A DNA stretch of 64,000 nt from Nitrosopumilaceae archaeon (lineage in GTDB: Archaea; Thermoproteota; Nitrososphaeria; Nitrososphaerales; Nitrosopumilaceae). Below, one piece after another: positions 8,813 to 18,494 of the stretch. The stretch's first letter is position 1, and every line of letters starts with the position of its first letter. The notes beneath the pieces are model-generated. The model was given only the letters and a program-made list of their open reading frames with translations, was not told the DNA's origin and searched no databases. The translations under genes were made by a program, and so were the position numbers. Location of the stretch: NCBI GenBank assembly GCA_965207375.1, contig OZ242274.1, positions 896,001 through 960,000 of the forward strand, given 5' to 3'.

Positions 8813-9754
8813 CTAGGGTACTGTGACCTTAGAATATATGGGATTGGTATCTGATGTGTCCATCATATGATTCCAAGTGTTGCTGACGTATACTGTTTGA
8901 GCAGGAATGTAGGTTTTAGTTTTGGTTCCATGACACACTAGTGTATCAAAAGACCCGGCCCCACATACATAATTATTAGTAGAACTCCAAGTGTTATCAA
9001 ATTTTATTTTGTCGTTGTTATAAATTGAGAACATTTCAATGTCGTGTGTTCTTTTATACATTATGAGCCTTATTTTGTCATATGCTTCATCTATGGTGGG
9101 ATGATCCTCGTCTTTAAAATATAGGGTGTATGTTCTCTCACAGGTTTTAGAATTGTCCTTGTACGATACAAGATACAAGTCATTATTGCCGTTAAAAGAA
9201 TTTGTTTTGAATTTTCCACCGTCAATATCCAATTTTAATTGTTTGTAGCTTGGTGGTGTGGTACTAGGACATGCTGCACTTACAGTTTGAATGCCGGGCC
9301 ATCCTAGCCAATTCACATCTATATTATCTGTGTCTTGTTCTTGCAGTGCCTTGTGCCTTTCATCCTTTATTGTCTCATAAAATATGTACTCTTTGGCTGC
9401 TTTAATTTCTGTATCAGTTAGCACTCTTGTGTTTGATTCGATACGGGATTGCTCAATTACTGTCCCAAAGAATTCGTCATATTTTGTCTTGATCTCATCT
9501 GTTCTTGCTTGAAATTCTTTTGAATTGTAATCTAACAGTGACCTGATGTCGTTTTTGAACTCTTGTTTTACAGTTTCGTCTATTTGAACCCGATACGTTT
9601 GATTTGACTGCATCTGTTTGTCAATATCGTAAGCATTTGTTTTTTCTGTCTCTTCGTTTACATTTTGTGCGTCTGCAAAGGTTACTACCGAAAGTGGTAG
9701 AATCATTGCAACAATCAATGAAGCAAACAAGATGGTTTTTGTCTTTAAAGTCAT
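8813..9754 (-). CDS. Secreted protein with a Nitrosopumilaceae-type leader
   Basis: KTILFASLIVAMILP leader; C-terminal domain with DEDHP, DIE and NTWNHMM motifs and 4 Cys. Confidence 0.8.
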   Translation of the reverse strand: MTLKTKTILFASLIVAMILPLSVVTFADAQNVNEETEKTNAYDIDKQMQSNQTYRVQIDETVKQEFKNDIRSLLDYNSKEFQARTDEIKTKYDEFFGTVIEQSRIESNTRVLTDTEIKAAKEYIFYETIKDERHKALQEQDTDNIDVNWLGWPGIQTVSAACPSTTPPSYKQLKLDIDGGKFKTNSFNGNNDLYLVSYKDNSKTCERTYTLYFKDEDHPTIDEAYDKIRLIMYKRTHDIEMFSIYNNDKIKFDNTWSSTNNYVCGAGSFDTLVCHGTKTKTYIPAQTVYVSNTWNHMMDTSDTNPIYSKVTVP

Positions 9755-10031
9755 TATATCTTTTACTATCTTTGATTATATAAAAATTGATATTAACTTA
9801 CGGTATGCTTCTTTTATATTCAGTGTTGGTAAAAATTCTAATTGATGTATTTGGTCTGTCTAGATAAGTCAAGAACAACTCAGAGAAGATTATGTTTTGT
9901 TAATGTGTGATTAAGCTGTTTGTGTAGGCAAAAATCTAGGCAGGAGCAACTAGGAGACAATTTGCATATTGACTTTTACCAACAATTTATGCTAAAGAAC
10001 CGTCGGATCTATTTTAGTCAGCAAAATGATA

Positions 10032-10106
10032 TGGGCCCGATGAGATTCGAACTCATGACCTTTCGATTATCAGTCGAACGCTCCAGCCAAGCTGAGCTAC
10101 GAGCCC
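10032..10106 (-). tRNA. tRNA-Ile(GAT)
   Basis: Minus-strand cloverleaf; ttcga-ctGATaa-tcgaa. Confidence 0.95.
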
Positions 10107-10138
10107 CAAGACTGACATCAAGCCGCAGTCATTTAAGT

Positions 10139-10693
10139 TTAATTTTCCTTCCACTTGATAGAGCATCCAATAGAGGGGTCAAAATCCTTTTCTATTTTTT
10201 GATTTGATAAAAGCAGATTGATATTTTGTATCATGGTTTTTTCTGAAGCCATATCTTCAGGCTTCATGGCATTATCAATACGCCCATGAAATACAAGCTT
10301 GCCATCTTTGTTAAACAAGAATGGATCAGGCGTACATGTGGCTCCATATTTTTTTGCAATTTCTTGCGTTTTATCTATCAGATAATCAAACTCTATGCCT
10401 TTTTCCTTGACTGTTTGCTTCATTGCCTCAAAGCTATCCTCTGGATAGTTTGTAGAGTCATTACTGTTAATTCCCACAATTGCAATTTTGTCCTTGAATG
10501 TATCATGAATTTCTTTTATTGCATCAATTTTGGCTTTAACATAGGGACAATGATTGCACATGAAAATTATCAACAGTCCCTGTTTTGACCTGTAACTGTC
10601 TAGTCCATGATATGCATCATCTGTACCCATTAATTCAAAGTCAGGTGCAGAATCTCCTGAATTTAATTTAATTTGAGATTCTAGCAATACCAT
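10139..10693 (-). CDS. Thioredoxin-family (AhpC/TSA-like) redoxin
   Basis: APDFEL, FMCNHCPYV, GATCTPD and SIGCSIKW motifs; likely start MVLLES at 10693. Confidence 0.9.
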   Translation of the reverse strand: MVLLESQIKLNSGDSAPDFELMGTDDAYHGLDSYRSKQGLLIIFMCNHCPYVKAKIDAIKEIHDTFKDKIAIVGINSNDSTNYPEDSFEAMKQTVKEKGIEFDYLIDKTQEIAKKYGATCTPDPFLFNKDGKLVFHGRIDNAMKPEDMASEKTMIQNINLLLSNQKIEKDFDPSIGCSIKWKEN

Positions 10694-10775
10694 GCTGTTT
10701 GTCCTCTTTTTTCCAATAAAACCCTTCTCACTTAAAGACAACAATTAAAATCCACACCCGATGTAATCCTTGTAT

Positions 10776-10849
10776 GGGCTGGTAGTATAGCCTGGTAGTA
10801 TACCCGCCTTGCACGCGGGGGGTCATGGGTTCAAATCCCGTCCAGTCCA
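10776..10849 (+). tRNA. tRNA-Ala(TGC)
   Basis: cccgc-ctTGCac-gcggg; G3:U70 pair in the acceptor stem. Confidence 0.95.
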
Positions 10850-10933
10850 TTTCATATTTTACGCACAACGATCCTGCACCAAATTTGTGATTTCTGGATG
10901 GATTTAAATAGGATAAGTTGAACCAAATGTATT

Positions 10934-11041
10934 ATGGCAAGCGCAGTAGACGGATGGCCAGTATGGATTCCACTTATTGTAGGTTTAGCACCAGGTTTGG
11001 TATACTGGTTGGCAATTACCGCAATGAAGAAAAGACGTTAA
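10934..11041 (+). CDS. 35-aa single-TM microprotein (not in ORF track)
   Basis: MASAVDGWPVWIPLIVGLAPGLVYWLAITAMKKRR; TATA tttaaata at 10903-10910; T-rich tract downstream. Confidence 0.7.
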   Translation: MASAVDGWPVWIPLIVGLAPGLVYWLAITAMKKRR

Positions 11042-11162
11042 ACGCCTTATTACTATTATTTTTATTACATTTCTAGCCTACCGTTAGGTTAATCCTGTCT
11101 AAGCTTCTTGTTGATATTTTGATATGTCCTACAAAATTAATCCCTTCATACACAATTGAATC

Positions 11163-12215
11163 ATGAAATCACTACTGTTTGTACTGTTTGCCATGCTGTT
11201 AATCCCTGCTGTATCGTACTCACAGGTTACTGACTCTGTCTCTACAATATCTGTAATTACCACAAATGAGGTTCCTTACGTTTATCAAAACTCACAAGGC
11301 TATACAGTTGTTGTAGGTGAGGTGGAAAATAGAAACTCCCTGACTGCCATGTCTGGTATAGTAGTAAGTGTTACATTCTTTGATGAATTTGGAAATATTT
11401 TAGATTCTGTTCAGGGAACCACAATACTAGATATAGTTCCCCCAAACAGCATCTCACCGTATGTTGTTACATCCAAGGTTGCTGGTTCTAGTGTTGCACT
11501 AGCCTCAGTTGATGTTTCTGCATTTAACTCGTCTCCCACTAAGGAAACCGGTCTTGACTTAGAAACTGTAGATATTTCCTATGGCGAAGAATTGGAATTT
11601 TCAGGAACAATTCAAAACACTGCCAACATTGCCTCATCTGAGACTCTGATTCATCTTGCATTTTATGATGTATTTGATCCGCCCAGACTGTTACATGTGG
11701 AGACACTTGAAATTGGTGATATCTTAGTTGGTGAACAAAAAGAATTTAAATTCTCAGGAATCCCAAATCAAAAGGCTGTAGGATTTAAAATACTGGCAGA
11801 ATCAACTCTTTTACAATCTGACTTTGTAAACGTGAATCTTCCGTCACAGCAAATCATTACCAGGCTTGTAACAATTTCTAATTTGTCAATAATTGACTCT
11901 GATGGAAAAAATCTATCTAGTATGCCTGTAGGCACCACCGTTGAGATTGGTAGCAATCTGCAATTCCAAACAACTGCTGATGATAGAATTCAACCCTACG
12001 TGTATTATGTTCAAATAAAACAATCTGGCCAAACCCCCTTTGTAGAATTTTTGGGCAGCTCAAGCGGTAATTTCTATGGAACCCCTTCTGAATATGCCTC
12101 AGTTTCGTGGACTCCCCAAAAGCCTGGATTGTATTTTGTTGAAACATTTGGCTGGGATCAAAATCATGTTCCTATTGCATCAAAGGGCCCCGTAGCTATA
12201 ATTTTGGTCAACTAG
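11163..12215 (+). CDS. Secreted FxLYD-like domain protein
   Basis: Signal peptide; VVGEVEN...VTFFDEFGNIL and a second HLAFYD repeat. Confidence 0.75.
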   Translation: MKSLLFVLFAMLLIPAVSYSQVTDSVSTISVITTNEVPYVYQNSQGYTVVVGEVENRNSLTAMSGIVVSVTFFDEFGNILDSVQGTTILDIVPPNSISPYVVTSKVAGSSVALASVDVSAFNSSPTKETGLDLETVDISYGEELEFSGTIQNTANIASSETLIHLAFYDVFDPPRLLHVETLEIGDILVGEQKEFKFSGIPNQKAVGFKILAESTLLQSDFVNVNLPSQQIITRLVTISNLSIIDSDGKNLSSMPVGTTVEIGSNLQFQTTADDRIQPYVYYVQIKQSGQTPFVEFLGSSSGNFYGTPSEYASVSWTPQKPGLYFVETFGWDQNHVPIASKGPVAIILVN

Positions 12216-12246
12216 GTTTATTTTCAAATGCTTTTGTTGTTATTTA

Positions 12247-12711
12247 ATGACACGTTATGATACTGTGGCCATGGGGGGAACATTTGATCTTTTACACAGG
12301 GGACATTTGGAACTGTTAAGAAAGGCATTTTCTATCTCCTCATTTGTCATTATTGGATTAACTAGCGACTATTTTGCAGCAAAACGAGGCAAAATCACAT
12401 TTCACAATTACATCCAAAGATTTGAAAATCTCACCTCCCTGATTTATAAAAATTTTCCAAATTCCAGCTTTGAAATCAGTCAATTAGATGATGATTTTGG
12501 TCCTGCAGTTTTAGAAAACAGAGTCCAAGCTCTAGTGGTCAGCAATGAGACCAAAGAACAGGGGGCAAGACTAAACAAAATCCGCAAAGACTGCAACCTT
12601 TGCCCAGTCGACGTGGTTTTAGTCCCAATGGTCATGGCACAGGATGGAAAACCGATATCTAGTACGCGTCTAAAGGCCTCTGAAATTGACTTTGATGGGA
12701 ATTTGAATTGA
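12247..12711 (+). CDS. coaD: Phosphopantetheine adenylyltransferase (archaeal)
   Basis: GGTFDLLHRGH, LVVSNET and ISSTR motifs. Confidence 0.88.
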   Translation: MTRYDTVAMGGTFDLLHRGHLELLRKAFSISSFVIIGLTSDYFAAKRGKITFHNYIQRFENLTSLIYKNFPNSSFEISQLDDDFGPAVLENRVQALVVSNETKEQGARLNKIRKDCNLCPVDVVLVPMVMAQDGKPISSTRLKASEIDFDGNLN

Positions 12712-12770
12712 CCTAAAACTCTTCTAACTTTGAGCTATTCTGATAAAACAAAACTGTACAATTCGTATAC

Positions 12771-13100
12771 ATGGCAATCATTAACCGCATGCTCAAAAAA
12801 CTAGACGATGATGTGTCTTACATGCAAAAGGGACTCCAGCCTGAAAGCCTCACTCATTGGTATGATATAGTTATTCGGGAGGCAAAAAGATTGGCTCCTG
12901 CACATCTGCAGCAAAAAATCAGCGTCAAACAGGATCCAATACTGCTTATGAAATTTAACCTAGATATTTCCAAGCGTGCAGTCAAATATTTTATGATGGC
13001 AGTAGATGACAATTTAGATAAAATGCCATACACTACAAAGCTATATTTTCTAAAGGTGCAAGAGACTCTTACTTGTGAAGTAGACCGGTCACTAGTCTAG
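12771..13100 (+). CDS. Conserved hypothetical protein
   Basis: 109-aa ORF convergent with 13097-13378. Confidence 0.7.
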   Translation: MAIINRMLKKLDDDVSYMQKGLQPESLTHWYDIVIREAKRLAPAHLQQKISVKQDPILLMKFNLDISKRAVKYFMMAVDDNLDKMPYTTKLYFLKVQETLTCEVDRSLV

Positions 13101-13378
13101 ACCTTTATAATTTCCACCTGACTATCATGTGTTGCAGCCGCAGTGATCTTGTGCTCGTCTTCAAGTACTGATTGGATAAAATCTGCAAATTTTTCTACCT
13201 GTGTGGCATCTTTTAGCAAAATGCTGTGTACTGATTCATCCTTGATTGCAATTATAACCTCGTTTTCTATTATGTTTAGAATTTTTTTGATGTATGTCTC
13301 TTTTTGTTGTGCTGCAAAAATCAGACTAGCTAACTTTTGTGCCTCGTAGATGTCTTCACAAATTATTATTGTCTTCAT
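13097..13378 (-). CDS. Hypothetical protein translationally coupled to trpS
   Basis: 93 aa; 4-bp overlap with the trpS stop. Confidence 0.7.
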   Translation of the reverse strand: MKTIIICEDIYEAQKLASLIFAAQQKETYIKKILNIIENEVIIAIKDESVHSILLKDATQVEKFADFIQSVLEDEHKITAAATHDSQVEIIKV

Positions 13379-14487
13379 TTGTTCTCAAACAAGAATTTGT
13401 CTAATTGGTCCTTTGCCTTTTGACGTCTTTGTTGATGTGTCTGCAAAAATTCGTTTATTTTTTGGATCAAGATTGCCTTTAGCTCACCTGTCAGCATACT
13501 GCCTGATTTGTAATTATCATGAATCTGTTTTAATTTCGAGTCATCTGGTTCAAAAAATATCCTCAGATACTGATATGATACGTCAATGTCCGGATTTGCT
13601 CCTAGTCTCCTGTGCTGTTCTACATCTGGCTGCCCTCCAGAAAACGCATACTTGTTAATTTTCTTTTTTACCGTACTTGGTGTATCAGTTGTGTATATGG
13701 TACCGTTTTCTGCAGATGCCGACATCTTACCTCCTGGCCCATGTAGTGACGGAATCATGATGTTGTGAATCAGGCTGGGCTTTGGCCTCCCAATTTTTGG
13801 AGCAACATCTCGTGTAAGTCTAAAATGAGGATCCTGATCTACGCCCAATGGTATCAGTACTGGCTTGTCTTCGATAAAGCAGGGTGCAGATTGCAGCGAC
13901 GTATAAAATATCATTCCTATGTTGGTCTGTCCAGAAAAGCCAAAGGTTGCCTTTGTGTTAGAAAAGTTAATCCTTTTTGCAACTTTAGCTGCAATTGGAT
14001 ACAGACTCTGTATGTTTTGCGTATTGATGATTATCTTTGTTTTTTCAGGCTTGAATCCTAGTGCAATAAAATCTAGTGCATTTTCATATGCAAAACTTTT
14101 TGTCTGCTCTAGTGTGAGATTCTGCTTTGAAAAGAATTTTTCATCGTCTGTCAGCTGAAAATACATGTTGACGTCAAATTTATCTTGTAGCCATTTGGCA
14201 AAAACCCACGGAACTAGATGCCCAATGTGGGTATGTCCTGACGGGCCACGGCCCGTATACAAAAAGAATTTGTCTCCCTTTTGATATTGGTCCAAAATTC
14301 GATCTAGTTCCCTATGTGAGAAGAAAATTCCGCGCCTAAGCATAAAATGATCCTCGCCTGCTGCATCCTCGATTTTATCTAAAAGTGACTGTGATATTTT
14401 CTCTGTTCCAAATTGCTTTATCAGCTTGTCATAATCAATGTCTCCCTCAACATGCCATGGAGTCACAACAAAATCATCAGTTGACAT
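13375..14487 (-). CDS. trpS: Tryptophan--tRNA ligase
   Basis: YTGRGPS, HIGH, DQDPHFR and KMSAS motifs. Confidence 0.97.
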   Translation of the reverse strand: MSTDDFVVTPWHVEGDIDYDKLIKQFGTEKISQSLLDKIEDAAGEDHFMLRRGIFFSHRELDRILDQYQKGDKFFLYTGRGPSGHTHIGHLVPWVFAKWLQDKFDVNMYFQLTDDEKFFSKQNLTLEQTKSFAYENALDFIALGFKPEKTKIIINTQNIQSLYPIAAKVAKRINFSNTKATFGFSGQTNIGMIFYTSLQSAPCFIEDKPVLIPLGVDQDPHFRLTRDVAPKIGRPKPSLIHNIMIPSLHGPGGKMSASAENGTIYTTDTPSTVKKKINKYAFSGGQPDVEQHRRLGANPDIDVSYQYLRIFFEPDDSKLKQIHDNYKSGSMLTGELKAILIQKINEFLQTHQQRRQKAKDQLDKFLFENK

Positions 14488-14532
14488 TGACAGAAACTTA
14501 GGTTAAGGTTTAAAAAGTCTTTTTGGGACTTT

Positions 14533-15924
14533 TTGCTATTGTCGCAGGTCTTTCATGACATTGAAAAAGAAATTATCAAGGCATTACAAGATTCTGGACA
14601 ATTAACTCCTGACAAACTTGAACAACAAACAGGCCTGTCTGCTGATCAAATAAGACGTGGTATAGAATGGCTCCGGCTCAAGGGCCTAGCAATTGTAGAT
14701 GAGACAAGTACAAAAACTGTTTCTTTGGGAAAAAACGGCATTGATGCATTAGAGCGAGGTCTTCCTGAGCGCAGACTGCTTGATTTAGTCAGGGCTGGCA
14801 CCTGCAAAATATCTGACCTGCAAAAGCAAATGCAATCACTTTTTGGCCCTGCCATGGGATTGGCAAGACAAAACAACTGGATTGAGACTAGCGGCAATGA
14901 GGTACATCTCAAGATGTATCCTGACAAATTAGCAGAAGAGCAAATTGTCTCACGTATAGGAAGAAACAAAATATCACCTGACTCTATCTCTGGCTCTCTT
15001 GATTCTATGAAAAAACGACCAGACTTTCTCATTGAAAATGTCTCAAAGTCCAAGACCATCAGCTTGGCTGACTCTGCCAAAAATCTAAATGTCAGTGATT
15101 CAGAGGGGGCAATTGATGTAGAGGCTACAGTTCCACTGACCCCACTTGCACGCAGACATCCGTTAAAGGAAACAATTGATGAGATTCGTGAAATCTTTGT
15201 CGCATTGGGTTTTACTGAAATTACAGGCAATCTTGCCCAGTCAAGTTTTTGGAATTTTGATGCACTGTTTACGCCACAGGATCACCCTGCACGAGAGATG
15301 CAAGACACCTTCTTTTTAGATAAAATTAACTCAAGACAAACCGGCACGCCGCAGCAAATAAAAAATGTGTCTACATCTCACAAAAAGGGCTGGAGGTACA
15401 TGTGGGATATCAGGCAAGCCCAAAAAATGGTTCTGCGAACCCATACTACTTGCGTTACAATCAAGCATCTTGCACAAAACAACTCCGAAGAAATTCGTGC
15501 ATTTTCCTTGGGCAGAGTTTTTAGAAATGAAAAGGTAAGCTACAAGCATCTAGTAGAGTTTACTCAGGTTGAAGGAATAGTTGCAGGCAAAAACGCGACA
15601 CTTCGGGATTTGATGGGAATCCAAAAAGAGTTTTACCGACGCATTGGAATAGACAAGGTAAAGTTTTGGCCCACATTTTTCCCATATACTGAACCGTCAT
15701 TGCAAACTATGGTGTACAATAAGAGACTGGACAAGTGGGTGGAGCTATTTGGAATGGGAATCTTTCGACCCGAGGTCACAAAACCATTGGGAATCAAAAG
15801 GCCAGTCTTGGCATGGGGCGGCGGAATTGAAAGAATTGCCATGTTAAAGTACGGATTAGATGACGTTCGCGAGTTTTACAACAACGATTTAGATTGGTTG
15901 AGGACTGTATCAAAATGCCAGTAG
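14533..15924 (+). CDS. pheS: Phenylalanine--tRNA ligase alpha subunit
   Basis: WNFDALFTPQDHPAREMQDTF, LRTHTT and FPYTEPS motifs. Confidence 0.97.
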   Translation: MLLSQVFHDIEKEIIKALQDSGQLTPDKLEQQTGLSADQIRRGIEWLRLKGLAIVDETSTKTVSLGKNGIDALERGLPERRLLDLVRAGTCKISDLQKQMQSLFGPAMGLARQNNWIETSGNEVHLKMYPDKLAEEQIVSRIGRNKISPDSISGSLDSMKKRPDFLIENVSKSKTISLADSAKNLNVSDSEGAIDVEATVPLTPLARRHPLKETIDEIREIFVALGFTEITGNLAQSSFWNFDALFTPQDHPAREMQDTFFLDKINSRQTGTPQQIKNVSTSHKKGWRYMWDIRQAQKMVLRTHTTCVTIKHLAQNNSEEIRAFSLGRVFRNEKVSYKHLVEFTQVEGIVAGKNATLRDLMGIQKEFYRRIGIDKVKFWPTFFPYTEPSLQTMVYNKRLDKWVELFGMGIFRPEVTKPLGIKRPVLAWGGGIERIAMLKYGLDDVREFYNNDLDWLRTVSKCQ

Positions 15925-17549
15925 TTGAGTTGAATCTTTTTAGATTGCAGAAATTATTGGGGGCAAAAGTTTCCAAAAAAGCAATCATTGAGACGCTGCC
16001 ATTTTTAGGATTAGACATAGAGTCTGAATCAAAAAGCAACATAAGGGTCGAATACAGCCCCAACCGGCCTGACTATTCTACTGATTACGGTATTGTCATG
16101 GGATTAGAGGGTTTACTGGGAATAAAAAAAGGAGGAATCAAACTAACCATAAAAAAATCCAACTATAAAATTGTGGCAAATTCTTCAGTATCTAAAATCC
16201 GCCCATATGTGACTGGCATATGTGCCAAGGGTGGCACCATAGATGAGGAGATGATAAAACAACTGATGAGTATGCAAGAAGACTTGCATTTTGGCATGGG
16301 CAGACGGCGAAAAAAATCCTCAATAGGAATTCATAATCTTGATGCTGTATCGTTTCCGTTGCGATACTGTGCATTGCCTAGAACTCACAAGTTTTGTCCC
16401 CTAAATGAAACAAAAACCATGACCGTAGATAAAATCCTGACAGATACTCAAACCGGCAGAGATTATGGCCATCTGCTTGGTTCCTCCAGACGGATTCCGA
16501 TGATTTTAGATTCTCAAGCAAAAACGGTGTCATTTCCACCCGTTATCAATTCCTCTGCAACTACAGTTACCACACAAACTAGGAATCTATTTGTGGAGGT
16601 AACTGGCATGAACAAAGACGACATTGAGGATGTCTTATCTGTAATTTCGGTCATTTTGCAAGGGGCAGGATTTACCCTGTACCAGGTAAAAATATCTGGA
16701 GCAAAAAACTCTACTCCGAAATTACTTGAGCAAAAACTCACACTTGATCCTAAAATGGTTTTAGATACTTTGGGATTGAACATATCTGATAATACAATTG
16801 TCTCCTGCCTGAAAAAATCTAGAATTGCAGCATCTTTATACCGCAAGAAAATCAGGTGTGTCATACCCCGGCATCGCTTTGATATTTTTGGCCCGATGGA
16901 TATTGTAGAAGAGGTTGCCTTGGGATACGGAATTGCAAAACTAGAACCAAAACTTTCACCATCCCAAACATTGGGCGAATCTAGCAGTATGGCCACAAAT
17001 TTGCGCATAATTGATGATGTGTTTGTAGGTCTGGGATATACCGAGGTTCTAAATTCTGGTCTTACTAGTAAGGGTGTGTTGTGTGATGCAACAAATCGTG
17101 ACTCTGAATTTGTATCAGTACTTGATTCAAAAAGCCAAGAGCATACAGTTCTCCGCAATTCTCTACTGCCTGGTATAGTCAAGAACCTTGCAGGCAACAT
17201 ACATAGGACGTATCCGCAAAAAATGTATGAGACAGGAACCGTGTTTTTGCCAGGCAAACCCATAGATGAGCAGATCAATTTAGCAGCAGTTCTAGCATAC
17301 GGGGACGCAAATTTTTCTGAATTAAAATCGGTTTTACAGTCTGCCCTCAAGGTTGGATTCAACTTTAACATCAAAACCAAGACATCCTCAGATCCACTTT
17401 TTGCAAGAGGCCGTGCTGCAGATGTATTAATTGATGGTGTACCAGTTGGCACAATTGGTGAGATCAATTCTAAAACACTACAATATTTTAAAATACGCGT
17501 ACCTGTGGTAGGTTTTGAAACAAAGCTAACTGGATTAATATTTGATTAA
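15915..17549 (+). CDS. pheT: Phenylalanine--tRNA ligase beta subunit
   Basis: MPVVEL start, PNRPD and DIVEEVALGYG motifs; overlaps the pheS stop. Confidence 0.96.
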   Translation: MPVVELNLFRLQKLLGAKVSKKAIIETLPFLGLDIESESKSNIRVEYSPNRPDYSTDYGIVMGLEGLLGIKKGGIKLTIKKSNYKIVANSSVSKIRPYVTGICAKGGTIDEEMIKQLMSMQEDLHFGMGRRRKKSSIGIHNLDAVSFPLRYCALPRTHKFCPLNETKTMTVDKILTDTQTGRDYGHLLGSSRRIPMILDSQAKTVSFPPVINSSATTVTTQTRNLFVEVTGMNKDDIEDVLSVISVILQGAGFTLYQVKISGAKNSTPKLLEQKLTLDPKMVLDTLGLNISDNTIVSCLKKSRIAASLYRKKIRCVIPRHRFDIFGPMDIVEEVALGYGIAKLEPKLSPSQTLGESSSMATNLRIIDDVFVGLGYTEVLNSGLTSKGVLCDATNRDSEFVSVLDSKSQEHTVLRNSLLPGIVKNLAGNIHRTYPQKMYETGTVFLPGKPIDEQINLAAVLAYGDANFSELKSVLQSALKVGFNFNIKTKTSSDPLFARGRAADVLIDGVPVGTIGEINSKTLQYFKIRVPVVGFETKLTGLIFD

Positions 17550-17550
17550 T

Positions 17551-17735
17551 TACGCCTTCTAGTGCCCAAGAGCAATCACGCAGACGGATTAGGATGATGT
17601 AGATCGTATTGATTCCTGTGATTTCTAATTCACCCAGGCGTGGTACATTCGGGCAACCCCCGGTTAGAAAACCCAAGATAGGTTTAATGGCTAAAATACC
17701 GATGATCTTGTGCGAGTCAGAACCGGGGAACATTT
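17551..17735 (+). ncRNA. Candidate structured ncRNA (two hairpins each followed by ACA; H/ACA-like)
   Basis: GC-elevated intergenic segment. Stem tacgcct/aggcgtg is followed by gtACA; stem ccccggtt/aaccgggg is followed by aACA and a T tract. GA-rich K-turn-like motifs in the upper stems. Confidence 0.5.
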
Positions 17736-17777
17736 TACATCAAAACAATTAAACACAAAAAAATTCTAAATTATTTC

Positions 17778-18197
17778 ATGGTAAATTACTGGCTGGCAAA
17801 GCAGGAACCTGACGGACCACGAGGTTATGATCTTGACCAGCTAAAATCTGATAAAAAAACTGCCTGGGATGGAGTACACAACAATCTTGCACTCAAACAC
17901 ATGAACAATATGAAAAAAGGCGATCTTATATTTTTTTATCATACCGGTAAACAGCGTGCAGCAGTAGGAATAATGGAAGTAATAAAAAATCCGTATCCCA
18001 ATCCTAAAGAGGACAATAAAAGATTCATAGTCGTTGATGTAAGGTATAGGGAACATCTAAAGAATCCGGTAACTCTTGAACAGATGAAAAAAGAATCAAA
18101 ACTCAAAGATTGGGAACTTTTACGCATCTCTAGGTTGTCTGTGATGCCGGTTCCCAAAGATATTTGGAACCACGTCCTTAAAATGTCTAAAAAATAG
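17778..18197 (+). CDS. EVE domain protein
   Basis: YWLAKQEP, WDGVHN, MKKGDLIFFYH and RLSVMPV motifs. Confidence 0.9.
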   Translation: MVNYWLAKQEPDGPRGYDLDQLKSDKKTAWDGVHNNLALKHMNNMKKGDLIFFYHTGKQRAAVGIMEVIKNPYPNPKEDNKRFIVVDVRYREHLKNPVTLEQMKKESKLKDWELLRISRLSVMPVPKDIWNHVLKMSKK

Positions 18198-18243
18198 CAA
18201 TTACAAGCGCTTTATTGATATACCTCTATTTGTCAAGTTATAC

Positions 18244-18483
18244 ATGGCAACAGCTTATGTTTTAATAAACTGTGAATTGGGCTCCGAAGAAGCAATTATT
18301 CAGCAACTAAAGGGTCTAGAAGGTGTCAGAGAGGTTCATGGAACCTTTGGCGCATATGATATCCTTGCTAAAATAGAGTCTGATACCGTTGAAAAACTCA
18401 GAGAAACAATTACCTGGAAAATTAGAAAGATCGAAAAAATCCGTTCAACGCTGACTCTGATGGGCATAGAAGGCCAAACATAA
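18244..18483 (+). CDS. Lrp/AsnC ligand-binding (RAM) domain protein
   Basis: AYVLINCELG...VHGTFGAYDILAK. Confidence 0.9.
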   Translation: MATAYVLINCELGSEEAIIQQLKGLEGVREVHGTFGAYDILAKIESDTVEKLRETITWKIRKIEKIRSTLTLMGIEGQT

Positions 18484-18494
18484 CTTTTTTTATT

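Noticed and set aside
9920-10207. 95-aa plus-strand ORF
   Set aside because: It overlaps tRNA-Ile and the redoxin gene on the other strand; spurious.
16514-17467. 317-aa antisense ORF, and similar long antisense ORFs within pheS, aconitase and the transposase
   Set aside because: Fully overlap well-supported genes on the opposite strand; codon-bias shadows.
17488-17733. 81-aa minus-strand ORF, or RNase P/SRP RNA
   Set aside because: The ORF overlaps pheT and looks spurious; the RNase P (GAGGAAAGUCC) and SRP helix-8 signatures are absent.
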